Shown here piece by piece: positions 45,687 through 54,954 of a stretch of 64,000 nucleotides of DNA. Within the stretch, counting starts at the first letter, position 1. Every line of letters starts with the position of its first letter. Source of the stretch: an uncultured Actinomycetes bacterium (GTDB taxonomy: Bacteria; Actinomycetota; UBA4738; JBBDTT01); the NCBI GenBank assembly GCA_963742735.1, contig CAVUMN010000004.1, positions 832,001 to 896,000 of the forward strand, written 5' to 3'. Made by a program: the position numbers and the translations under genes. The notes below the pieces were generated by a model. That model ran no database searches. It had not been told where the DNA came from and was given only the letters and a program-made list of their open reading frames with translations.

Positions 45687-46466
45687 GTGCTGGTCGACTC
45701 GCACTGCCACCTGGAGCCCGAGCTTCCCCTCCCCGGGCTGCTGCAGGCCATGGACGCCGCCGGCGTGGACCGCGCGGTCCTCCTGGCCGCCGCCCAGGCC
45801 CCGATCGCGTCCGTCCCCAAGGTCGGCGCCGCGCTGTTCCGGGGCTGCGTTCGACTGCCGGGCGTCGGGATGGCCGTGTATCGCGGCGCTCTCAAGTCCA
45901 AGCGGGTCGTGCCCTTCCCGAGGCCGGACAACGACGTCGTGTTCGACGCGGCCCGCGCCCACCCGGAGCGGTTCGTGCCGTTCGCGTTCCTCAACCCGGC
46001 CCTCGGCGACGAGGTCCACGGCGAGCTCGACCGCCGCCTGGCCGAGGGCGCCGCCGGCGTGAAGCTCCATCCCTGGCTCCACGGCTACCGGCTGACCGAC
46101 GCCATGCCCGTCCTGGTCCGTGCCGCGGTCGCGGGGATCCCCGTGCTCGCGCACCTGGGGACCGGGCCGGCGGAGGACGTCGAACGGGTGATGCAGCGGC
46201 TGCCGGCCCTCAAGCTCGTCCTGGCCCACGCGGGCATCCCACACTTCGAACGGCTGTGGCGGCTCCCGGGGATCCGGTTCGACGTGGCGGCGCCGCTGGT
46301 ATCGCCCCGGACGATGCGCCGGCTGGTGAGGGCGGTCGGCGCCGAGCGCGTCCTCTACGGCTCGGACGCGCCGATCGGGATCCGCGGGGGCGGCGGCCAC
46401 GCCTACGCCCTGCCGCCGCTGCCCGACCGGGCCATGGGACAGAACCTGCTGGACCTGCTCGCCTGA
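45687..46466 (+). CDS. Amidohydrolase_2 family protein
   Basis: DSHCH, GVKLHP, LAHLG, LAHAG, YGSDAP. Confidence 0.88.
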   Translation: MLVDSHCHLEPELPLPGLLQAMDAAGVDRAVLLAAAQAPIASVPKVGAALFRGCVRLPGVGMAVYRGALKSKRVVPFPRPDNDVVFDAARAHPERFVPFAFLNPALGDEVHGELDRRLAEGAAGVKLHPWLHGYRLTDAMPVLVRAAVAGIPVLAHLGTGPAEDVERVMQRLPALKLVLAHAGIPHFERLWRLPGIRFDVAAPLVSPRTMRRLVRAVGAERVLYGSDAPIGIRGGGGHAYALPPLPDRAMGQNLLDLLA

Positions 46467-46470
46467 GCGA

Positions 46471-46902
46471 CTACGCCGGGTGGAACACCGGCAGGGACAC
46501 CACGTCGTCCTCGGCCCTCGCCTCCGCGCGGAAGGCCACGGCGACCGGCATGTCGCAGCGGACGTCCTCCGGGGCGATGCCCTCGATGTTCGAGGTCATC
46601 CGGACGCCCTCCTCGAGCTCGACGATGGCCACCACGTAGGGGGTCCGTTCGTTGAACGGCGGGAGGTCGTTCTGGTGGACCACGGTGAAGGTGTAGACGG
46701 TTCCGCGGCCGCTGGCCTCGATCCACTCGGTATCCGAGGACCAGCACTTCGGGCAGTAGGTGCGCGGATAGAAGAAAACCTCGCCGCACGCGTTGCACGA
46801 CTTGATGAGGAGCCGGCCATCGCGGGCGGCCTCCCAGTACGCCTCGGTCTCCACGTCGGGGACCGGCAGATGCCAGGTCTTCGTCCTCGGCATCTCGGGC
46901 AT
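46471..46902 (-). CDS. Zn-ribbon/OB-fold DUF35 protein
   Basis: YWEAA..CNAC..YPR.YCPKC..GRGTVYTFT..PYVVAIVELEEG. Confidence 0.93.
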   Translation of the reverse strand: MPEMPRTKTWHLPVPDVETEAYWEAARDGRLLIKSCNACGEVFFYPRTYCPKCWSSDTEWIEASGRGTVYTFTVVHQNDLPPFNERTPYVVAIVELEEGVRMTSNIEGIAPEDVRCDMPVAVAFRAEARAEDDVVSLPVFHPA

Positions 46903-48051
46903 CTACTCGACCCCCAGGATCAGCGTGCCGGTGGAGGAGAACCACCCGCCGGTGCCGTTCACCGCGGCGAGCTTCGCGCCCTCCACCTGGCGACCCTCGG
47001 CCTCACCGCGGAGCTGCCGGGCGGCCTCGATGACCAGGAACAGGCCACGCATCCCCGGATGGTTCGAGGACAGCCCGCCACCGTCGGTGTTCGTCGGCAG
47101 GTCGCCGTCGATCGTGAGCCTGCCGCCCTCGACGAATGCCCCCCCCTCGCCCTTTCCGCAGAACCCGAGGGCCTCGAGGGTGAGCAGGACCGTGATCGTG
47201 AACGAGTCGTAGACCTGGACGACGTCGATCTCGTCCGGCTTCACACCGGCCATCCCGAACGCCCGCCGGGCGCTGTGGACGGCGGGCGACTCCGTGAAGT
47301 CCTCCCACTCGGCCATGTTGTGGTGGCTCGACGCCTCCGCCGCGCCGAGGATCCACACCGGGGCTTTCGGCAGGTCCCTGGCGCGGTCCTCGCCGACCAG
47401 GACGACCGCCCCACCTCCGTCGGAGCGGATGCAGCAGTCGAGCTTGTGCAGCGGGGTGCAGATCTGCCTCGAGCCGACGACGTCCTCGACCGTGATGGGG
47501 TCGCGGTACATCGCGAGCGGGTTCCGGGCCGCGTTCGCCCGCGTCTGGACGGCCACCTCCGCGAGCTGCTCGGGCGTCGTGCCGAACTCGTGCATGTGCC
47601 GGGTCGCGGCCATGGCGTGGCGGCCGATCACCGTGTGGCCGTAGGCCGACTCGAACTGGGCCGGGCCCCGCGCGTCGATGGCCACGTTCGAGCTCCGGAT
47701 CTTGCGCTTCAGGTCGGAGCGCGAGGTGGTCGCATAGGGAAGCAAAGCCACGTCGCAGAGCCCCGCCTCGATGGCGCCGACGGCGTGATGCACGAAGAAC
47801 TCCCACGACGACCCGCCCACCTGGGTGCCGTCGACGTAGCCGGGGCGCAGCCCGAGGTACTCGCCGACGACGACGGGATGCATGTGGTGAGCGCCGCACG
47901 AGAACAGGCCGTCGACGTCGCCCTTGGTCAGGCCGGCGTCGGCGAGGGCCAGCGACGAGGCCTCAGCGTGGAGCTGGAGGGCCGTGGCGTCGGGGACCTC
48001 ACCGAACCGGGACTCGGCCACCCCGGCGACGGCGACCCTGCGGCGAGGCAT
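46903..48051 (-). CDS. Thiolase-like protein (SCP-x type) lacking the nucleophilic Cys
   Basis: QVGGSS, DCCIRSDGGGA, YDSF, NTDGGGLSSNHPG. Confidence 0.92.
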   Translation of the reverse strand: MPRRRVAVAGVAESRFGEVPDATALQLHAEASSLALADAGLTKGDVDGLFSCGAHHMHPVVVGEYLGLRPGYVDGTQVGGSSWEFFVHHAVGAIEAGLCDVALLPYATTSRSDLKRKIRSSNVAIDARGPAQFESAYGHTVIGRHAMAATRHMHEFGTTPEQLAEVAVQTRANAARNPLAMYRDPITVEDVVGSRQICTPLHKLDCCIRSDGGGAVVLVGEDRARDLPKAPVWILGAAEASSHHNMAEWEDFTESPAVHSARRAFGMAGVKPDEIDVVQVYDSFTITVLLTLEALGFCGKGEGGAFVEGGRLTIDGDLPTNTDGGGLSSNHPGMRGLFLVIEAARQLRGEAEGRQVEGAKLAAVNGTGGWFSSTGTLILGVE

Positions 48052-48063
48052 GCGAGCAGGCTA

Positions 48064-48080
48064 GCGAACAAACTGTTCGC
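48064..48080. promoter_or_regulatory. Palindromic putative operator GCGAACA-N3-TGTTCGC in a divergent promoter region
   Basis: Perfect 7-bp inverted repeat abutting a TAGCCT -10-like hexamer (48058-48063, minus strand). Confidence 0.5.
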
Positions 48081-48123
48081 CGTTGAACACTTCGAGCCAT
48101 ACCGAGAAGGAGGCGTCTGAACG

Positions 48124-49023
48124 ATGGGAGCTCTGGAGGGGAAGGTCGCCGTGGTCACCGGCGCCGGCCGCGGCATCGGCCGCGCGGAGGCCCTGCTGCT
48201 CGCGGCGGAGGGCGCCTCGGTCGTCGTGAACGACCTGGGCGGCGACTGGGACGGCACCGGGAAGGACGATCGCCCCGCGCAGGTGGTCGCGGACGAGATC
48301 GTGGCCGCCGGCGGGAAAGCCGTCGCGAACTACGACGACGTCTCGTCGTGGGCCGGCGCGCAGGCCCTGATCCGTCAGGCCATCGAGGAGTACGGAGACG
48401 TCCACGCGCTGATCAACAACGCCGGGATCCTGCGCGACGGGATGATCTTCAACATGACCGAGGACCAGTGGGACGCGGTCGTGAACGTCCACCTCAAGGG
48501 CCACGCCGCCACCACCGCGGCGGCCACGGCGCACTGGCGCGAGCGGGCCAAGGCCGGCCAGGAGGTCAGCGGCCGGATCGTGAACACCTCCAGCGAGGCC
48601 GGGCTGTACGGGCTGAAGGGCCAGTCGAACTACGCGGCGGCGAAGGCGGCGATCGCCGCGCTCACTCAGGTCACCGCGCGGGAGATGAAGAAGTACGGCG
48701 TGACCGCGAACTGCATCGCCCCTCGCGCCCGCACGCGGCTCATCACCCAGACATTCGGCGAAGGGGTCATGGCCGCACCGGAGGACGAGGGGGCCTTCGA
48801 CCTGTTTGCGCCGGAGAACGTCGCGCCGCTGGTGACCTTCCTGGCCAGCGACCTGGCCGCGCACATCAGCGGGCAGGTGTTCGTGGTCCACGGCGGGCTG
48901 GTGACGCTCATGCAGGGATGGACGGCGGCCGGCGAGATCGACCGCGGGGAGCGGTGGACGGTCGACGAGCTCTCCGAGCGGATCGGCGAGCTGTTCCCGA
49001 GCAGGTCCTCCTCGCTGGACTGA
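48124..49023 (+). CDS. SDR oxidoreductase
   Basis: TGAGRGIG, NNAGILRD, GQSNYAAAK. SD AGGAGG. Confidence 0.95.
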   Translation: MGALEGKVAVVTGAGRGIGRAEALLLAAEGASVVVNDLGGDWDGTGKDDRPAQVVADEIVAAGGKAVANYDDVSSWAGAQALIRQAIEEYGDVHALINNAGILRDGMIFNMTEDQWDAVVNVHLKGHAATTAAATAHWRERAKAGQEVSGRIVNTSSEAGLYGLKGQSNYAAAKAAIAALTQVTAREMKKYGVTANCIAPRARTRLITQTFGEGVMAAPEDEGAFDLFAPENVAPLVTFLASDLAAHISGQVFVVHGGLVTLMQGWTAAGEIDRGERWTVDELSERIGELFPSRSSSLD

Positions 49024-49024
49024 C

Positions 49025-50311
49025 GTGACCGAGGAGGCCGTCCGGACCGAGGGGGTCCTCGACCCGAATGAGGCCCTCGGCGACGACGAGCGGCGGGCGC
49101 ACCACGAGGGCGTCCTTCGGGAGACCCTCGGGGTGGTCTGGGCGTCCGACGCCGGCTACCGGGCGAAGCTCGAGGAGGCGGGGCTCGCGCCGCAGGACGC
49201 GCTCGGCCTCGGCGACCTCGGCCGCATCCCCATCACCCGCAAGGACGAGCCCGGCTCGGCCACGATCGGCCTCGGGTCGATCCCGCTGCACGAGGCCCGG
49301 CGGATCTACGTTTCGCCGGGGCCGAAGTTCTACGCGTCGCAGCGCCGGGACGACCCGCCGCCGGCGAAGGGCACGCGCACGCCGATGGCGCTGGCCTTCC
49401 ACGCGATGGGGTTCCGCGAGCACGACATCGTGCTGAACACGTTCAGCTACCACCTGGTTCCCGGCGGCCACGGGTTCGACCAGCAGCTCGCCACGGCGGG
49501 CTGCGCGGTGGTCCCCGCCGGGCCGCAGAACACCGACCTGCAGGCCCAGATCCTTGCCGGGCTGCCCGTGGCCGGCTACGTGGGGACCCCCACGTTCCTG
49601 AAGCTGCTGTGCGACAAGGCCGGCGAGCTGGGGATCTCGACCCGGGACGACTGGAGCCTTCGGGTCGCGTTCGTGACCGCCGAGCGCCTGCCCGAGTCCC
49701 TCCGCGAGGACCTGGAGGCGCGGACCGGCGCGCGGGTCCGACAGATCTACGGCTCGGCCGACGGCCTGATGCCCGCCTACGAGTGCTGGGCGAAGACCGG
49801 CATGCACCTGCACCCCGATCAGGTGCTCGAGGTCCTGGACCCGGAGTCGTGGGAGCCGGTCCCTGCGGGCACGCCGGGCGCCGTCGTGGCCACAACGGCC
49901 GTGAACCCCGCCCGCCCCCTCCTGCGGTTCGCCAACCTCGATCTGGTCGAGCTTCGCGACGACCCGTGCCCCTGTGGACGGACGGGCCCACGCATGGCCC
50001 GGTTCGTCGGCCGGATGGACGAGGCCACCAAGGTCCGGGGGATGTTCGTGTATCCGAACCAGGTCGGCGAGGTGGTGGGCCGCCACCCCGAGGTGACGCG
50101 GTGGCAGGCGGTGGTCTCCCGGTCCGAGAAGGGCACCGACGACTTCGCCGTCCGGCTGGAGCTGCGCGGGCCCGAGCCCCCGGGGCTGCGGGCCACGGTG
50201 GCCGAGGGCATCCGCGGGCTCGTCCGGCTGCGGGCGGACGTCGAGGTCGTCCCGCCGGGCACGTTCCCCGACGACGCAAAGCAGCTCGAGGACCTCCGCC
50301 CCACGGACTAG
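49025..50311 (+). CDS. Phenylacetate-CoA ligase-like protein with an atypical P-loop
   Basis: IPITRKD, FSYHL.PGG, GTPTFL, YGSAD, PLLRFANLD, GRMD..KVRGMFVYP. Confidence 0.85.
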   Translation: MTEEAVRTEGVLDPNEALGDDERRAHHEGVLRETLGVVWASDAGYRAKLEEAGLAPQDALGLGDLGRIPITRKDEPGSATIGLGSIPLHEARRIYVSPGPKFYASQRRDDPPPAKGTRTPMALAFHAMGFREHDIVLNTFSYHLVPGGHGFDQQLATAGCAVVPAGPQNTDLQAQILAGLPVAGYVGTPTFLKLLCDKAGELGISTRDDWSLRVAFVTAERLPESLREDLEARTGARVRQIYGSADGLMPAYECWAKTGMHLHPDQVLEVLDPESWEPVPAGTPGAVVATTAVNPARPLLRFANLDLVELRDDPCPCGRTGPRMARFVGRMDEATKVRGMFVYPNQVGEVVGRHPEVTRWQAVVSRSEKGTDDFAVRLELRGPEPPGLRATVAEGIRGLVRLRADVEVVPPGTFPDDAKQLEDLRPTD

Positions 50312-50333
50312 CCCGGAAATAGACTCGCGCGCG

Positions 50334-50750
50334 ATGGCCGACACGCCGCCGCCGCGGCTCCTTCCCTCCCTCACGCCCCAGACCGAGCCGTTCTGGACCG
50401 GCGGCGCGAACGGCGAGCTCCGCATCCTTCGCTGTGAGACGTGCGGGCACTGGATCCATCCGCCCGCCCCCGTCTGCCCGGTCGATCTGTCGCGAGACGT
50501 GCAGGCCCAGCCGGTGAGCGGACGGGGCACCGTCCATTCCTTCACGGTGAACCATCAGCCGTGGAACCCCGAGGTGCCCACGCCCTACGTGATCGTCCTG
50601 GTGGAGCTGGAGGAGCAGCCCGGCCTGCGGGTGCTCTCGAACCTGGTGGGCGTCGATCCGGACGACGCCGCGATCGGCATGCCGGTCCGGGTGCGGTTCG
50701 AGCCTGCCGGCGACCTCCACGTCCCCGTGTTCGAACGAGACGGGACATGA
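50334..50750 (+). CDS. Zn-ribbon/OB-fold DUF35 protein
   Basis: FWTGG..CETCG..HPP..CP..SGRGTVHSFT..VELEEQ. TAGACT lies 8 nt before the ATG. Confidence 0.92.
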   Translation: MADTPPPRLLPSLTPQTEPFWTGGANGELRILRCETCGHWIHPPAPVCPVDLSRDVQAQPVSGRGTVHSFTVNHQPWNPEVPTPYVIVLVELEEQPGLRVLSNLVGVDPDDAAIGMPVRVRFEPAGDLHVPVFERDGT

Positions 50751-51925
50751 GCGAGCGGTTCGAGTCGCGAGCGGTCATCTCGGGCATCGGACAGTCCGAC
50801 GTCGGACGCCGGCTGGGCCGCGACGGGCTGGCCCTCACCGTCGACGCCTGCCTGGAGGCCATCGAGGACGCCGGCCTCACGCGCGAGGACATCGACGGGC
50901 TGTCCTCGTACCCGGGGGCGATGTCCTCGGGCTCGGCCGGGTTCTCCGGGCCGGGGACGCCCGAGGTCCAGGATGCCCTGCGGCTGAACCTCGACTGGCA
51001 CGGGGCCGGGCCGGAGGGGCCCGCGCAGCTGGGGGCGGTGATCAGCGCCGCGATGGCCGTCGCCGCCGGCCTGGCCACCAACGTCCTGGTCTACCGCACC
51101 GTCACCGAGGGGAGCGGACAGGCCGGGGGCGGGCGAAGGGGGATCGGGCTCGGCGAGGGCCGCCCTCGAGAGGTGTCCGGCTACCTGCAGTGGCTGCTGC
51201 CGTTCCACGCGTACTCGGCGGCGAACTGGGTGGCGCTCTACGCGCAACGCCACATGCACGAGTTCGGGACGACCCGCGAGCAGCTCGCGCAGGTCGCGCT
51301 CAACGGCCGTCGCAACGCGACGCGGAACCCGAAAGCGGTCTACCGCGAGCCGCTCTCGCTCGAGGACTACCTGGCGGGCCGGCCGATCAGCACGCCCCTG
51401 GGCCTGTACGACTGCGACGTGCCGTGCGACGGCTCGACGGCGGTCGTGGTGTCCCGGGCGGAGCGCGCGAAGGACGCCCCCGCCGCGGTCCGCCTCGAGG
51501 CCGTGGGCTCGGCGATCCGCGGCCGGCCGTCGTGGGACCAGTGGGAGGACCTGACGACCATGGCGTTGCGGGACGCCGCGGCCCACCTGTGGTCGCGTAC
51601 GGACCTCGGGCCGGGCGACGTCGACGTGGCGCAGCTGTACGACGGGTTCAGCTTCGTCACGCTCGCGTGGCTCGAGGCCCTGGGGTTCTGCGGGAAGGGG
51701 GAAGGAGGGCCCTTCCTGGTCGAGCGGGTCGCGGCCGGGGAGCTCCCGCTCAACACCGCCGGCGGACAGCTCTCGGCGGGGAGGCTGCACGGGTTCGGCC
51801 TGCTCCACGAGGCGTGCCTTCAGCTGCGGGGAGGCGCCGGCGAGCGGCAGGTTCCCGGCGCCGCCACGGCCCTCGTCGCGGCCGGAGGGGGCCCGCTGGC
51901 CGGGGCGCTCCTGCTGACCCGATGA
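50747..51925 (+). CDS. Thiolase-like protein (SCP-x type) lacking the nucleophilic Cys
   Basis: ISGIGQS, DCDVPCDGS, YDGF, NTAGGQLSAGRLHG. ATGA overlap start. Confidence 0.92.
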   Translation: MSERFESRAVISGIGQSDVGRRLGRDGLALTVDACLEAIEDAGLTREDIDGLSSYPGAMSSGSAGFSGPGTPEVQDALRLNLDWHGAGPEGPAQLGAVISAAMAVAAGLATNVLVYRTVTEGSGQAGGGRRGIGLGEGRPREVSGYLQWLLPFHAYSAANWVALYAQRHMHEFGTTREQLAQVALNGRRNATRNPKAVYREPLSLEDYLAGRPISTPLGLYDCDVPCDGSTAVVVSRAERAKDAPAAVRLEAVGSAIRGRPSWDQWEDLTTMALRDAAAHLWSRTDLGPGDVDVAQLYDGFSFVTLAWLEALGFCGKGEGGPFLVERVAAGELPLNTAGGQLSAGRLHGFGLLHEACLQLRGGAGERQVPGAATALVAAGGGPLAGALLLTR

Positions 51926-51992
51926 GCCGGATGTGCAGGTGAACGCCCCCCGGCGGCGTACCACCACCGTTAGGATCGGCCCGGGAGCCAAC

Positions 51993-53525
51993 ATGGTTCA
52001 GAGATCACGCCCCGCACCCCTGCTTGCCCTGCTCGGGGTGCTCTGCCTCATCGCCGCCGCGTGCGGCTCCAGAGTCGTTCCCCTGGAAGGCACCCAGGTC
52101 GCCGGTCCCGGTGGGCAGGTCATCCAACCCACCGACCCGGGTGCCACCGTCGACCCGAACAACCCCAACCCCACGAACACCCCCGGGACGGGCGGGACCA
52201 CGCCGCCCGAGAACCTGCCCGACTGCAAGGGTGGAGCGACCGACGTGGGGGTCAGCGCGGACAAGGTGAAGATCGGCCTCGTCGCGGCGAAGACCGGGCC
52301 GCTGCCCCATCAGTTCGACGCGAACATCGAGGCCGTCGACGCCCACCTCAAGATGATCAACGCCGAGGGCGGGATCTGCGGGCGCCAGTTCGAGCTCCAC
52401 ATCCGCGACGATCAGGGCAACGGGACCCGGAACGAGGCGGTCGCCCGCGAGCTGGCCGAGGAGGAGAAGGTCTTCGCGTTCGTCGGCAGCACCTCGGCGC
52501 CTGACGACCGCGGGATCGCCAAGGTCTCCCGCGAGCACAAGATCCCGGACATCGGGTTCCCGCTCACCTATGAGCGGTCGGAGAGCCCGTACACGTTCGG
52601 CGTGCCGGGCCAGCTCCGGCGCGAAACGATCGGCGAGGGCGCCACCGGCGGCCCCTTCCTCATCAAGGAGCTCGGGATCAAGCAGATCGCGATCCTCTGG
52701 CTCGGGGAGAGCCTCGTGTCGAAGGCGAACGCCTGGGCGTTCGAGGCCACGTTCCTGAAGTCCGTCAACGGCGACCTGAGCATCTGCTACGAGCAGGAGA
52801 CGACGGTCCTCGACAACAACTTCCAGAACTACGCGATCGCGATGAAGGGCGACTGCCCGCCCTCGGACGGGCCGCTCGCCGTCTTCTCCACGATGGAGAA
52901 CAGCTCGAACATCAAGCTCGCGGACGCGATGCGACAGCAGGACGTGCAGTACGAGGCATTCATGCCGACGTTCACCTCGTACCTCCCGGCCTTCATCCGT
53001 CCCTCCACCGAGAACGCCTACCTGGCGATCCCCCAGCTCCCCTTCGAGCGGTGCGCTCAGGGATCCGACGGCCGGCCGCAGCCGCCGTGCTCGCACCCCG
53101 AGCTCAACAGCTACGTGACCGCGCTGCACCGCTACGTGCCGGGGTTCCGCGCGCCGGGCAGCTTCGGCGCACCGGGCTGGGGGCAGGCCGCGCTGTTCGT
53201 CGAGGCTGTACGCGACTGCGGCGCCAACCTCACCCGGGTCTGCATCCTGAACTTCCTGGAGACCACGGGGCGGTTTTCGGCCAACGGCTTCCTGGCGCCG
53301 GCCAAGCCCGGCGACCATCGCATCTACACGGCCGACCTCGTGATGCAGGTCCGCAACGGCCGCTTCACCGAGCTCCGTCCCAACGACCACTCGGGGCATC
53401 CCGAGGCGCCGGACATCTGGGACGACAGCCGCCTGTACAACTGGTGGGACTACTACTGCGCGCACCGGGACCAGTTCACCGACGAGAGCCGGCCCGCGAT
53501 CGACGAGTTCGTGACGAGCTGTTGA
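51993..53525 (+). CDS. ABC transporter substrate-binding lipoprotein (LivJ/Peripla_BP_6 type), Cys-rich
   Basis: Lipobox IAAAC, Pro/Thr/Gly linker, TDVGVS..KIG, INAEGGICGRQ, DD, VFAFVGS. Confidence 0.88.
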   Translation: MVQRSRPAPLLALLGVLCLIAAACGSRVVPLEGTQVAGPGGQVIQPTDPGATVDPNNPNPTNTPGTGGTTPPENLPDCKGGATDVGVSADKVKIGLVAAKTGPLPHQFDANIEAVDAHLKMINAEGGICGRQFELHIRDDQGNGTRNEAVARELAEEEKVFAFVGSTSAPDDRGIAKVSREHKIPDIGFPLTYERSESPYTFGVPGQLRRETIGEGATGGPFLIKELGIKQIAILWLGESLVSKANAWAFEATFLKSVNGDLSICYEQETTVLDNNFQNYAIAMKGDCPPSDGPLAVFSTMENSSNIKLADAMRQQDVQYEAFMPTFTSYLPAFIRPSTENAYLAIPQLPFERCAQGSDGRPQPPCSHPELNSYVTALHRYVPGFRAPGSFGAPGWGQAALFVEAVRDCGANLTRVCILNFLETTGRFSANGFLAPAKPGDHRIYTADLVMQVRNGRFTELRPNDHSGHPEAPDIWDDSRLYNWWDYYCAHRDQFTDESRPAIDEFVTSC

Positions 53526-53535
53526 GGGACGCGCG

Positions 53536-54954
53536 ATGAGCCAACGGCGCCGCAGGGTATCGGTCCTCACCGCGGCGGTGGGTGTCCTGTGCTTGGTCCT
53601 GTTGATCCCCGGCTCGGGGACGGCGCAGACGGTCGTGTTCGACTCCTACCGGGTCCAGGGCACCGCCCGCGGCATCGAGTTCTCCTTCACGTTCTCCGGG
53701 AGCCTCTTCGAGCCGCTGCTGCACGTCGGCGTGCCGTACGCGCGGACCGACCTTCGCTCGGAGGCCGGAGCCACCGCCGACGCGGTGGCCGGCCAGGTCT
53801 ACCCGGGTGACCTCATCTCCAGCCAGGCTGGGGAGCAGTTCCCCGGCGTGGCCGCGGCGGGGTTCCCGCCGGGCCGCGAGAACGTCAAGGACCTGATCCC
53901 CTTCCCGGGTGCCGGGCCGGTGTCCGCCGGCGTGGGCCACGTCGAGGCGATCGCCGCGGCCGACCGGGCCTTCGGAACCGTCACCACCGCCAACGGCGGC
54001 TTCGCAAACGGCGAGGTGCCGCTGATCTCCGCCGCCAGCATCCGGGTCACCAGCGACGGCACACGCACCGGCGAGGGGGTCGGGCAGGTGGTTCGCTCCG
54101 TGGTCAAGGGCCTCGAGGTGAACCTCGCCGATGGCTTTGCCATCCGCATCGACTCGGTCCGGAGCACGGCGCAGGCGACGTCGGACGGCGTGGACGGCCT
54201 GGCCGAAGCCCACCTGACGATCGGCGACGTGGTCGTCGAGCTGGGCGGGCAAACGTTCCCGGCCACGATCGACGACCGCGGGATCCGTCTTCCCGAGCCC
54301 CTCCAGGACGTGGCCGGGATCCCCCTCGACCTCGAGCAGACGATCCGCGCCGGCCTCCGCCAGGCCGGGATCTCGATCACCACCGCAGGGCCCGTCGAGA
54401 TCGTGGACGGGGCGAGCGCCGATGCCTCGGTGGGAGGGCTCGTGTTCGGGTTCACCGGCGAGATCCCCGCCGTGGGCGTCCCCCAGACGTTCGCGCAGCT
54501 GATCGCGCAGGCGCAGGGTTCGATCCCCTCGGAGATCACCGACCCGATCTGCTTCCAGGAGACCATCTCGCCGGACTTCCCGCTCCCGCTGTGCGTGAGC
54601 CCTGCGCTCCTCCCCGGCCCCGGCACCGGGATGACCCAGACCCTGTCGCTCGGCAACGTCAACGCGTTCGCCGTGGCCAGCCTGGCGCCGCCGCCCATCG
54701 ACGACGGCGACGGCGGCCCCATCGACAACCCGCCGGCGGGCAACGTGGACATCCCGCCCATCGACAACCCGCCCATCGGCAACGGGGACGGCAACGGGGA
54801 CGGCAACGGGGGTAGCGGCGGCGGGCAGCTCACGGGATTGCTCGCCAGGATGCCCCCCGGCGCGCTGCTCGCCGCAGGTATCGTGCTCCTGCTGGTGGCC
54901 GCCGGGGCCGCCGTCTTCCCGCTCCGCAGGCCGTGGAGGGAGATGCAGCCATGA
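53536..54954 (+). CDS. Exported beta-rich protein with Pro/Gly linker and C-terminal membrane anchor
   Basis: Signal peptide (..GTA|Q), PIDNPP and GNGD repeats, C-terminal TM segment and basic tail. Confidence 0.75.
   Translation: MSQRRRRVSVLTAAVGVLCLVLLIPGSGTAQTVVFDSYRVQGTARGIEFSFTFSGSLFEPLLHVGVPYARTDLRSEAGATADAVAGQVYPGDLISSQAGEQFPGVAAAGFPPGRENVKDLIPFPGAGPVSAGVGHVEAIAAADRAFGTVTTANGGFANGEVPLISAASIRVTSDGTRTGEGVGQVVRSVVKGLEVNLADGFAIRIDSVRSTAQATSDGVDGLAEAHLTIGDVVVELGGQTFPATIDDRGIRLPEPLQDVAGIPLDLEQTIRAGLRQAGISITTAGPVEIVDGASADASVGGLVFGFTGEIPAVGVPQTFAQLIAQAQGSIPSEITDPICFQETISPDFPLPLCVSPALLPGPGTGMTQTLSLGNVNAFAVASLAPPPIDDGDGGPIDNPPAGNVDIPPIDNPPIGNGDGNGDGNGGSGGGQLTGLLARMPPGALLAAGIVLLLVAAGAAVFPLRRPWREMQP
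54778..54810. repeat. 12-bp coding tandem repeat (GGCAACGGGGAC) encoding GNGD-GNGD-GNG
   Basis: Read directly from the sequence. Confidence 0.85.

Noticed and set aside
48064-48080. KstR box or SOS (LexA) box
   Set aside because: The spacing does not fit TnnAACnnGTTnnA or GAAC-N4-GTTC.
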